64,000 bases of DNA from Felis catus (Eukaryota): assembly GCF_018350175.1 (NCBI RefSeq), contig NC_058368.1, forward strand, positions 196,356,001 to 196,420,000, in the 5' to 3' direction. The notes beneath the pieces are model-generated. The model was not told where the DNA came from. It did not search any database and saw nothing but the letters and a program-made list of their open reading frames with translations. Every line of letters begins with the position of its first letter. Position 1 is the first letter of the stretch. This document shows, piece by piece, positions 25,715 through 37,400 of the stretch. A program made the position numbers and the translations under genes.

Positions 25715-25915
25715 CTATGGCAGATACTCCTCCTTAACAGGCATTGGGGAGGAGGCACCCAAGAGGCTGGCAGAGCTGGGGCCCAGGCCCCCCAGGGACG
25801 GCCCAGCTGCGGTGGGGGCCACTTCGTGGGCTGGCGGTGGGGGCTGCTGCTGCTGCTGCTTCTTTTTGTTCACTTTGCGCTCCTTTGCCCGCCGGTTTTG
25901 GAACCAGATCTTCAC
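25715..25915 (-). CDS. CDX1: CDX1 exon 3, coding part (helix 3, short polyQ/polyP, ...KEEYLP*)
   Basis: cag|GTG acceptor, TAG at 25717-25715, 201 nt. Confidence 0.96.
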   Translation of the reverse strand: MKIWFQNRRAKERKVNKKKQQQQQPPPPAHEVAPTAAGPSLGGLGPSSASLLGASSPMPVKEEYLP

Positions 25916-27748
25916 CTGTGGTATCAGAGAGCAGAGATGGGCTAGGTTGGGGGGGGGCGGGGGGGGGGAGACCAAAAGGCAGAGCAAGAGGAAGAGGGAG
26001 GATAGCTGGGCTCTTATTCCTCCACAGGGGGCTTCGGGCCTCCCTCCTGCACCACCACCCAGACTATTCATGGACGCTGAATACATCCTCCCCGTCTACA
26101 ACCTGCAACCCTAAAGACAACTTTCTCTGGAACCTCCTCTGTCCCCATTTTCTAAGGCCATGCTCTAACACCCCTCCTCCAGGAAGACTTCCTTGCGCTC
26201 CCTGGGACTTAAACAGGAATCATCACAGCCTGCTGTAGCCTATAGCTAAGCAGATCCCCTATCCCCCCCGTTGGGGGTCAGGGATAGTGGGGTTTCGGTT
26301 TCTGCTATGCCGTGTGACTATGGCCAGAGACTCAACCTCTCTGTTCTCCCTTGACTGAGTCCGTAATCTGCCTGACAGCCTGGAGGCCAGACTCCCAGTA
26401 CTGCTCCCGTGGTTAAGGTGGGGGTACCCACACACCTGCCGTTCAGTGAGCCCCAGATTGGCGGCCAGCTCTGACTTCCGCCGGATGGTGATGTAACGGC
26501 TATAGTGGAACTCCTTTTCCAGCTCCAGGCGCTGGTGGTCGGTGTAGACCACGCGGTACTTGTCCTTGGTCCGGGTCTTACCTGAGAAGCAGAGGGGCCA
26601 GGAGACGTGGTGAGTGGGGGGGTGGGGCCTGTAAAAGGCCCAGGCAGGGCCCTGTGAAGGGAGAAATCCAGGCCCCCAAGGGAGAACCCTGAGGTGGGGA
26701 GGGACACACACCGAGGCCTGGGGTAACAATTACTCCCCCAGCGTCAGGCTTGGAGACCCCCAACCTGAGAGGCAGGCACTGCTCTCATGCCCATTTGGGG
26801 AGGCACTGAGGCTCAGAGAAGCGAAGCAACTCACTCAGGGTTACACAGCAAGCTGCTGGTGGAGCTGGGGTTTCAATCCGGCTCCTCTGACCCTACTGTG
26901 ATCGCCAGCTCCACCAGCTCTAACCCAGCAGTTTCCAGATGCCGCTGCGCAATGGACACTTGGGGAGCTTGCGGAAAACACAGCTTCCCGGCCATCCCTG
27001 ACCCTGTGAACTGGAAAGCCTGGCGATAGAGTCTGCATTTTTAAAAAAAATTTTTTTTCAACGTTTATTTATTTTTGGGACAGAGAGAGACAGAGCATGA
27101 ACGGGGGAGGGGCAGAGAGAGAGAGGGAGACACAGAATCGGAAACAGGCTCCAGGCTCTGAGACATCATCAGCCCAGAGCCCGACGCGGGGCTCGAACTC
27201 CCGGACCGCGAGATCGTGACCTGGCTGAAGTCTGCCGCTTAACCGACTGCACCACCCAGGCGCCCCGAGTCTGCATTTTTAGCAAGCCCCCCTGGTGGTT
27301 CTGATTCAGGATCCTGAGACCACAGGCACTCACACCGGCGACACGGAGGGTCACCTGGCAGGCCAGGCCAGATGGAGACTAATGACGAGTCAGCTGCCCC
27401 TCTTTCCAGCGCATGAGAAGAGAGTGGGGAAGAGCGACCACGGGTAGAGGCAGAAGCTTGCCGCACCGTCCTGGGGTGGGCGCTCCTCAATTTCCGTCAG
27501 ACCCCTGGCGGCTGCTGGCCCCAAGACCAAACAGAAAGCACTGAGACAGCTGGTGGCCCTGAGGACCTGTCAGGTACCTCAAAAGGCCCTGGCCCTAGAC
27601 ACCAAGCCCCAAGCTGGGGTTGGTCTGCCCAGAGCCATCCACGCTGCCGCTTCTTCTGCGGGCACAGAGCAGTGACTCAGGCTCAGGCTCCAAATATTTA
27701 CTGAGCTCCTGCTGTGGGCCAACCACTGGGGTATACCAGTAAGCAAAA

Positions 27749-27794
<46 letters not shown>

Positions 27795-30700
27795 CTCACA
27801 GTGAAATTAGGTTCTAGTGGAGGGAGCTAGACCAAAATAATTTGATATGTTAATACTACGTATATGATATGTTAATTGATAGGTATTCCAGAGAAAAAGA
27901 AGGCAGGAAGAGAGGACTGGGAATTTGGGGAGGAGAGAGTATGTGATTTTAAATAGAGTAGTCCATGAAGGTCTTACTGAGAAAGGGAATTTAAGCAAAG
28001 ATCTAAAGGAGGCGAGGGACATAGCCATGCAGGTGTCTGGGGAAGAGGGTTCCAGGTGCAGGGAACAGCAAGTGCAAAGGCCCCGTGGTGGGTGCATGCC
28101 TGACATCTGACATGTGTGAGGAACAGTGAGGAGGCTGGCATAGCCAGAGTGCAGTGAGCCAGGACAGAGGTGCAGGCTATCCAGAACCTTACAGGCCGTG
28201 AAAAGGACTCTGGGTTTTACTCTGTCTGGGATGGGAGCCATTGCAGGGTTCTGAGCCCAGGAGACAGGAAGTCTGATGTAGGTTTCAATATGACTTTGGC
28301 TGCTGCATGGAGGACAGATTGGCAAGAGGATGGGGGAAGCACAGATAGTCCCGCAGTAACCCAGGAGAGAGAAGGATGTGGCTTGGCTTCTCTACAGGGC
28401 TCAGCCTGGGGCCAAGAGCCGGACTTGAGGACCGACTGGGGTTAATGTCAGGGCTCTCTTTGGGGCTGGGATCAGAGGTCTGTCTGGAGAGAATATTAAG
28501 AGTCATGCTTGGCCTGGGCTGGTGCGGGGGCCTGACTAAACACCAGCTTCCTTCGTAAGAAGCTGAGAACTTGGCTATAAATAGGAGGCCCACGCAAGCA
28601 CTTTCAGGCCCACACGTGTGTCCCACCAGGGTATGGCGGGTCTTGGAATCACCATCGACCCTGCTCCACCTTACCCGGTTACCCCCACACAGCCTGGCCT
28701 TTACCCCCCCCCCCGGGGTCACAGCTCTGGCTTTGCCTGTCCCTCAGCATCCCTGTGCTAACCACCCACCCTTCTTCCAGCTCCCGCCCCACTACTAAGC
28801 CCACGCAGCTTGGCAGGACGGCCACCGGGCTCCCCAAGAGCCAAATGGTTTTGCGGAAAATGGGAGACAGCAGATGTTTCTGGGCTTTTTTCCTTGGGTT
28901 TCCTGCCAGAGCAGCAGAACCGCACTGGACGCTTCCACATCCACTGACCTCAGCCCACCGCCTGATGTAGCACGGGACAACTTCGGCCCTCGGCCAGGTC
29001 TGGCCCAGGAAAGGGACAAGGGAGTGGCTGCTGAGGCCTTGGCTCCAGATGGGCCCTTCCTTGGCCTAGAAAATTCAACGCCAACTCAAAAACAGTTCTG
29101 CCTAATGCCACCACCCCCAGAGCCCAACAGAGCTCTGCATCTTCGCTGGGCTAACGCCAGAAAAGGGCTCGGTTTAGTCTCCTCCCATTTTACGGATGAA
29201 GAGACTGAGGGTTCCAGCAGGTTATACAACTGCTGGAGGTCCAAATACTAGAGACCTCGTGAGTCCTTCTAGTTCAACGTCCCTGGACAGTCGGGGTCAC
29301 TGAAGCCCCCGGCAAGTGTGGACTTGCCCAAGGCCATGTCATCTGGTCTAGAGTCCCACTCCTTGCTCCTGGCACAACTCCCCACCCCGTCAGGCTTAGG
29401 GTCCACAGAGCCCCCCAAGAGGCCCCCTAATCCTGGGCAAGAGACGCTCAAAGAGCAGACCACTGCTATACTTGTACTTCTGGGAAAGGAGGGGCCAGAT
29501 CATGGTGAGGGCAGGCCCCCGAGAGCCCTGGGCTGGGGCTGGATGGTCCACAGGCTGGGTGGGCCCTTGAAAATTCCCAGAACACTCACAGCCTGAAGTG
29601 GGGCTGTAAGGCTCCCTTCCCACCCAAACAGCCTGAGATTACAAGCAGCGCTTACAAAGACACCCTTGTCCTCAGGCACCCAGGGCTCCTTCCCATTTTT
29701 TCTGATGAGCAAGCGGGGATCCATCACACCCAGTTTCGTAATGGGGGGAAACTGGGGCTCAGAAGGGGGGCATCTTTGCCGAGGGCCATCCTGCCTGGTA
29801 GTGGTATAAACCCTGGGCTCTGGCCACCCAAACCGTAGCTTGACTCATCCCAGATTTGAGGAGGGGGGTACCAGGTAGGAGATAGGGCTCTAGCCGCGTA
29901 ATTATCTCTTGCTGTTCCTGCCAGGGCAGACCCAGCCCCCAGACCCTGTCGCCTCCTGTCTGGGCCCAGGAGATGGGGCTGGTAGGCTCAGGAACCACTG
30001 GCCAACCTCTATCTGGTGAAGCTCTCAAAGCACACCATTTTACTGCTAAGAAAATGGCTCTGCCGAAGAACAAAACATTTGGAATCACACTGTGGTCCGG
30101 GAACCAACAGATCCCATATGCTGTCCACGGAGTAATAACTGGAACATGCTCCTTGGAGCCCAACTTGGTACTATCTAGCCTCATTTAACACGCACCCCTC
30201 AAGCCATTAATCCCAATTCCTGGAATTGATCTCACAGAAAAAGTGCCCAAAGCTATGGCTGTTTTGAAAGGCACAGGACTAAAAACTGTACATGTCTACA
30301 CGTAGGGAACTTGCTAAACAAGAGATGGCACGTCCACGAAGAGGAACACTATACTGGGGTGTCTGGGGGGCTCAGGTGGCTGAGCGTCTGACTTCGGCTC
30401 AGGTCGTGATCTCGCGGTCCGTGAGTTCGAGCCCCGCGTCGGGCTCTGTGCTGACAGCTTAGGGCCTGGAGGCTGCTTCGAGTTCTGTGTTTCCCTCTCT
30501 CTCTGCTCCTCCCCTGCTCATGCTCTGTCTCTCTCTGTCTCTCAAAAATAAATAAAATGGTAAGAAAAAAAAAAAAAGAAAGAAACTATAAAGGTCCCTA
30601 CATACTAATATGGAGTGATTTCTAAGGTATGTTGAGAAAAAAAAAAGACAAAATACCGTGAATGGCATGTTACTGGTTTTTTTTGTATAAAAGTGGGGAG

Positions 30701-31274
30701 ACACACACACATACATACACACTCACACATGTATGTGTACCCATAGAATTCTTTCTAAAAGAATATACAAGCCAATAACAGGGGCTGCCTCTGGAGAGGG
30801 AGCTAGAAGCTGTGGGGCCTCAGCAAGGTGAGAATGTAAGTCTTTGTGGGGCGCCTGGGTGGCGCAGTCGGTTAAGCGGCCGACTTCAGCCAGGTCACGA
30901 TCTCGCGGTCCGCGAGTTCGAGCCCCGCGTCGGGCTCTGGGCTGATGGCTCAGAGCCTGGAGCCTGTTTCCGATTCTGTGTCTCCCTCTCTCTCTGCCCC
31001 TCCCCCGTTCATGCTCTGTCTCTCTCTGTCCCAAAAATAAATAAAACGTTGAAAAAAAAAATTAAAAAAAAAAAAAGAATGTAAGTCTTTGAGAGGATTC
31101 TCTTTTCCTTTTCCTTTCTTTTCTTTCCTTCTTTTCTTTCTTTCCTTCTTTCTTTTTCTTTCTTCTTTCTTGCTTCTTTCTTTCTTCTCTTCCTTCCTTC
31201 TCTTCTTTCTTTTTTCTCTTTCTCTCTTTCCCTCCATCCCTTCCTTCCTTCTTTTTCTTTCTTTCTTTCTCTTC

Positions 31275-31314
<40 letters not shown>

Positions 31315-31380
31315 TTTCTTTCTTTTTCGTTCCTTTATTTCCTTCCTTCCTCTCTCTCTTATGTTTATTTTTGAGAAAGG

Positions 31381-31412
<32 letters not shown>

Positions 31413-34400
31413 AAGAAAATGAGTGGGGGAGGGGCAGAGAGAGAGAGGGAAACACAGAATCTGAAGCAGGTTCCAGGCTCTGAGCTGTCAGCACAGAGCC
31501 CGGAATGGGGCCCGAACCCACGAACCACAAGACCATGACCTGAGCCAAAGTTGGACGCTTAACTGACTGAGCCACCCAGGCTCCCCTCATTTGTTATTTT
31601 CCTTCCTCCCTCCCTTCCTTCCTTCTTTCCTTCTTTCCTTTCCTCCTTCCTTTCTCTTTTCTCTTTCTCTCTCTCTCTCTTTTTTTTTTTAACCATGTGC
31701 GATATGAATTTGTATTTTTAATGACAGTCAGGAGCCCTGGGCTCCAGTCCCAGCTCTAGGCCAGAACTCTTGACTGCCCCAAGCCACCCTCCCTTCCCCC
31801 TCCTATGAGCACCTGTGCCACCCAGGAGCCTAGGAGGGAGGGGGCGGGGAGGTGTGTGAGAGCAGCAGGCAGGGAGAGGGCCCTGGGATGAATGATTTAC
31901 AGGCCCCTGGGATGCTGGGGCTGAGAGGGAAGTCCGGGCTCCTGCAACAGGTGTCTGACGGAGGCCAGCCGCTCCCAGCCACCTAATGAATAACCCTCCG
32001 GGCCAGATGCCAGTGCGAGTGGGTGGGAGGGGGGGTGGGGAGCCCCCTCCAGCTCTTCAGTGGTGAGCACACCAGGGAAGATCCTTGGATAACTCACCCA
32101 AATGAGAGGCTTTCTCTTTGCTCAGGCTTTGGGACACGAGGAATGGCCCGTCCGTGTGCACTGGGCGGCTGTGGAGGTAGCAAAGTCCCCATCTCCGAAA
32201 GCATGCACACTGGAGGTCCTGGGAAGCTCTTTAAAAGCACAGATTCTAGGCCAGAAATTCAGATTCAGTGGGGCTAAAATGGGACTCAGGGATTTGATGT
32301 GTGACCGGCTCTCAGGTGCCCCAGGCATGAGGTGGTCTGAGCAAGCAGACCTCTGGGATTGTGCAGCACAGCTTCTCACTGGCTGGGTGATCTAGGACCA
32401 GTCACCTCAGCTTTCTGAGCATCATGTTCCGTATCTATACAATGCAGGCAACTAACATTCTACTAATGGCCAACATGTCCACGTGTGAGGCGCTCGCACA
32501 CATCTCTCAACAATTTATGAAACCGGGCTACTGTTATCCCTACGTACAGATAAGCAAACTGGGGCTCAGAGAGGTCCACACATCTGGCAGGTGGGATTTC
32601 AACCCAGGTCTGTCGAGCCTCAGAAAGAGCACTAGAACCTCTCACACAGGGTGAGGTCTCCCATAATTATCTCCAACCACCGGGGGGGGGGGGCACAGCG
32701 GATCACTTGACATAAACGGAGGACGCCTAGCGCAGTACCTGGCACTTAGTAGGTGCGCAAGGATGGGCAGACCGTGCTGATTTCCAACAGTGGCACGATA
32801 AGCCATGTGGCAGAAAGGCTGGGAAATGGATCCGGGCAACGGGGGATGTGCTGGATGAGACTGTTTATTTATAAGGTCCTCTCCAACTTGGAAACATGAG
32901 GCTCCCAATGTTTGTTGATTCTCTGGTTGTGTTTGTTATTTTTGCCGAAAGAATTCTGAGACCGATTTCCCTGTCTGAGAGCCTAGATACCGGGCCTGCC
33001 CAGCTGGAGGATAGGGGACAGGAGCCACAGCGGCCTGCGGTGGGGCCTTCCCACCCAGCCTGGGCCAGGCGAGGACAGAGTTCAGCCTCTGTCCCCAGGG
33101 CGGGGTGGGTGGCTCCAGGAAAATCGAATGGCCCCCCCGGGTCAGCACTTCCTTTGTCCTCTTCCTGCTAGGTTTGTGGCCCTGGGGAAGCCACTGCCAG
33201 TTCTGGCCCTCAGGGCCTGGAACACCGACCCAGCCTCAACCCTCCATGCCCCCTCCCTGTGTGGTCCAGCCCCATCCTGACTGTGCATCACAATCCCCCC
33301 CAACACACAAACACACACGCAGTATGCACACATGTACGCAGGTAGGCCTGTTAAAAATACTCCAGCCCCGATCTCACGGCATCCTGCTCTCCCTGCCGTC
33401 TCTGGCAGCCCACGGACGCTATTCTGCACCACTAGCTGAAGTCAGTGTTTCCTGGCCCCAGTTCTGTGCCATCTGTGTGGTCTTGAATAAGTCCCTTCTC
33501 CTCTCCAGGCCTCAGTTTCTCCGGTGCATCAGAAGAAGATCAGCGCCGAGGGCCTATAGATTCTGAAGTTCTCTGCAGCTCTGAGCCCTCCTCGAAGGGC
33601 TTGGGCCCAGGCCGAAGGACTTGACAAGTGACTGAACTTCTTCGGGCTTTGGACGGGAAAGCAGTTTGTAAAGGGCAAAGAGCTAAGGGGATGTCAAGGA
33701 GAGCTGAGCTATTTGCGGAAGCGGATGCGGGAAGCGTCCCTAGGGAGACAGAGGAATGCGGCCCGCTGGGGAGCTGCAGGGCAAGGAACACACTGGCCTG
33801 CGAGCAGGGAGATCCGGCCCGGCCGCTGCGTATGGATGTTCGGCTTGGGCTTGATTCTCCATCCCACCAGCAGGGGTGGGACCTCTGCTGTGGCGGCCCT
33901 GACCTGGCCGGTTTCATGATGAATGGATGTCCCTTCCTGGGCCCTGAGGGTGTCTACTGCGCCCTGATTGGGTCCTTGTTCCGGCTGTGTGGCCAGGCCC
34001 AGGCTGCTCCATCACGGTTCCTCATTTAAGCTCTGGAGCAGGGGTGAGGCTGGCATGGGGGGGGGGGGAGGGGCGTGGGGAGGTCCTGCAGCCTTAGGCC
34101 AGCTTCTCCTCCCCACTGTCGCCCTCCTTCCCAGCCACAGCACTCAGCTGGCACTGCACCCTCTCCTCCCAGGCCACCTTGGCATCGTCCCCTGCCATGT
34201 CTTCTCCGTGGAGGCACACGGCCTGGCCTGGCTGTGGGAGGCGGTGAGGAAGACAGAGAAGTTCAGGGTCGGGGAGACCTGTCTGTTCCACCCCAGCCTG
34301 GCCACAGGCCAGCGACGTGAGCCCAGGCAAGTCACCGAACCTCTCTGGATCCCAGGAATACACCTGGAAACTGAGGACACGAATTAACTAACTAGTGGCT

Positions 34401-37400
34401 AGTTAGCAGACTGGACAGAAGAGATACCCAGCACTTCCGCGATCACAGAAAGTTCAACTGGACAGCCCTCCTAGACCAAAGCCCTCCCTCGGGCCAGATG
34501 CCCACAGCTGTGTCGCATCCTAAGCGGAGGGCGCTTGTACTATCTGCAAAGCAGCCTGTTCTTACATCCACCACCTACTTGTATTTTCCCTCGGTTTTTC
34601 CACGGGGGCGCCAAAAAATAAGGGGGGGGCCCTTGACCCAGAACAGCCCTTCTTCGACTGGCAAACAGCGACTGTGTCCCTCTGCGTCTTCCCCCAGGCC
34701 TGAACAGCTTGAGGCCTCTCTGAGCTGTTTCCCGTTGCCCCTTTCAACCTTGCCCTGCCAGGGTCACCCTGGAAGTCAACTTCCTGCCCGACTGTCTGCA
34801 GGCCTGGGTCCTGAGGTCACACATTCTGGGTGCGATGCAGGGAGGGGCTCTAGGCTCCAGCCCTTTCCTGGATCACGGGGTGACCTTTGCAAGCCCCCTC
34901 CCCCCGGCGCCTTGCTCCCCCGGTCCGCTCCGTGAGGGTAGGGACCATGCCGTCTTGCTCCCACAGCCCCACAATGGTGCCTGACACACAGTGAGTACCT
35001 GATGGGTCTTTGCTGAATATGCAACACAAATCTGCTCCTTGGTCTCCTTCATCTGGGTAAATGGCTACCACCCTCCAGATACTCAGGCCAAAAGCCCAAG
35101 AGGCACTTCCGGCCCCCACAGCCAACCCATCAGCTGGTCAGCTCAACCTCAGTCCTTCTGTCCAGCTCCCCTGCTCCCAGAGCCTTAGTCAAAGCCACTA
35201 ATCTAATGCAGAAATGTGCAGTTCTGGGGTCAGAAATACCCGCATTTGAGGAAATGCTGAGCACGTGCCGAGTACTTACTAGGTACTAGTTGATGTCGTT
35301 ATTACTATGGTAGATGATCAGGATTGATTTGTTAAACCATTCCTTCCCCTCTTTCATGGGAGGGGGGCAGACTAAAAACAAACAAACAAAATAATTACAA
35401 ACTGGGATTAGCATGAAGGAAAGTAAGCATAGAGCTGAGAGCCAGAATAAGTTGCAGGGGTGGAGGGTGGGGGGGACCTCCTTTAATTATTTTGGGGGGG
35501 GGAGTCTCCTGGAGCAGGTGACATTTCAATCAAGACCTGAAGGCTGAGGAGGTTTCTATATCAAAGATGAGAGGAATGTGCCAGGAAGAGAGAACAGCAT
35601 GTGCAAAGGCCCTGTGGCAGAGAGTAGCAGAGCAAGGGGCAGACAATGCCAGCTCCCGAGAGCCCCCAGTCTGCCTTCCTGGCCAGAGTCCCCAGTCTGC
35701 CTGCCTGAACGAATAAATGAACGAATGGGAGAGGCACATGGTGAGGCTGGAGAGACCAGCAGAGCTCTGAGCCCTGGGGTGAGGGGTTTGAATTTGGTTT
35801 CAAGAGCAACGGGAAGTCACGGGAAGGTGTTGAACTTGAAGGGTCAATCTCGGCTTCCACTAATGTCTGCCCCCTCCCTGTGCACCCCTACAAGCTTGAG
35901 GGCTGAAGTGTGGCATGGGGAGGGTTCAACAAGTTCACCCACGTTGACTCCAGACGCAAACAGAAACCGGAGGGCCAGCGCACGAAGATAACTTCCTCCT
36001 GACAAGCCAGACCCTACTGCTAACAAAGCTGTTTTAGACCTTCAGAATGATTCCCTGAGCTCTCGGCAGCAATATCTGCCAAAGCGGGGGGGAAAAAACA
36101 ACACCCAACCAAAAAAAGCCTTCTGCCACCTTCTAACTGGGTCATTCCCCTTCCCAGCTACATCTGAGAGACGAGGTGTCAAATCCAGCTTCTGCCTAGA
36201 GAACCAACCAGTTTTAAACAGCCTGGCCCCTGCTGTGCCCACCCTCCCCCCATCCGCGTCTTCCAGCTCCTCCCTGACCAGCCTCCTTTCCCCACCCGGG
36301 CTGGGACGCACATGGGCAGGGGTCTGGGGCTGCTGAGTGGGTTGCTTTCTTTGATAGATACCCCCTAGGCCGTGGAGTCTGGGTTTGAAGCCCGTGCTGT
36401 TTGCATCCTAGCTATGTGAGCTCGAGCAGGTACCTCACCCTCTCTGAGCCTCATTAACTTTATCTGTAAAACGAGGCTAATGATAGATCCTCGCACCTCT
36501 TAAGGTCGTTACGAAGCTTAAGTGAGAAAACCCGTGCAAAGTTCTTGGCACGCTGCCTGGTGCACAGGGAGGACTCAACCAATGCCATAGTTCTCAGCTT
36601 TGCCACGAGCTCCTGCCCCCGGCAAGGCATGGTGAGAAGGACGGGGCTGACTCTGACAGGTCCTTGAGGGAGATGGAAGGGGTAAAGAAGACAGTGGTAA
36701 ATGCTGTGAAAACAAGGGCCTGACGTAGTGCTTGGAGGGGAGGAAACCAAGGAGGACTTTCTAGAGGAGGTGGCGGTGGCCCCGAAGGCACAGCGTTTGA
36801 ACTAGTGAAGATGTAGGAAGGAAGGGTGGGTAATTTTGGTTGAGGGACCCGGACTGGAGAGGCAGGGAGTGTGAGGTGTGTGTTTCCGTGCACCTGCTAA
36901 GGGCAGGCAGAGACAGTTATAGGCACTGATACACTAAGTACCTACTGTGTGCCAAGCAGAGGGGCTGGGCTCAGTGGGCCCCATTGCTTCAAGGTATTAT
37001 TATCCTAATGTTATAGTGGAAGAAACTGAGGTTCAGAGAGACGATCCAAGTTAACTTGCCTGAGGCTCGGCAGCTTCTAACAGAAATGCAGTCCCAGGCC
37101 TGAGGCTCCCAAACGCAGCCGAAAGCCACCCCCAGTAAGCATTTCTGTATCTAGACCAACTAGTGAGAGAGTGTCTTCAACAGCCCTCTCAAGAGGGCTC
37201 TGAATGCCACAGAAATGGGGCTGGATCTGAAAGCAATGAAATGACATACAACGAGACGGGCATTCCAAAGGCAGTGGAGAGCCACGGAATGCTCTGGATC
37301 AGGCGATGTGCCTTGAAAAGGTACATCTGGTAATGGTTGTGAGGACAGCCGGGGTATCAGAGAGAGGGTGAAGGTGAGAGGCCGGGCTGGTGGCTGTGGC

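Noticed and set aside
30848..30930. tRNA-like A/B box sequences
   Set aside because: These are Can-SINE heads, not tRNA genes.
30950..31590. K/E/R-rich and F/S/L-rich ORFs of 149-193 aa
   Set aside because: Translations of SINEs and the (CTTT)n tract.
34388..34406. Perfect 8-bp inverted repeat CTAACTAG-tgg-CTAGTTAG (also AGAGGGT...ACCCTCT at 37638-37659)
   Set aside because: Stems are too short for a miRNA or structured RNA call and are expected by chance in 64 kb.
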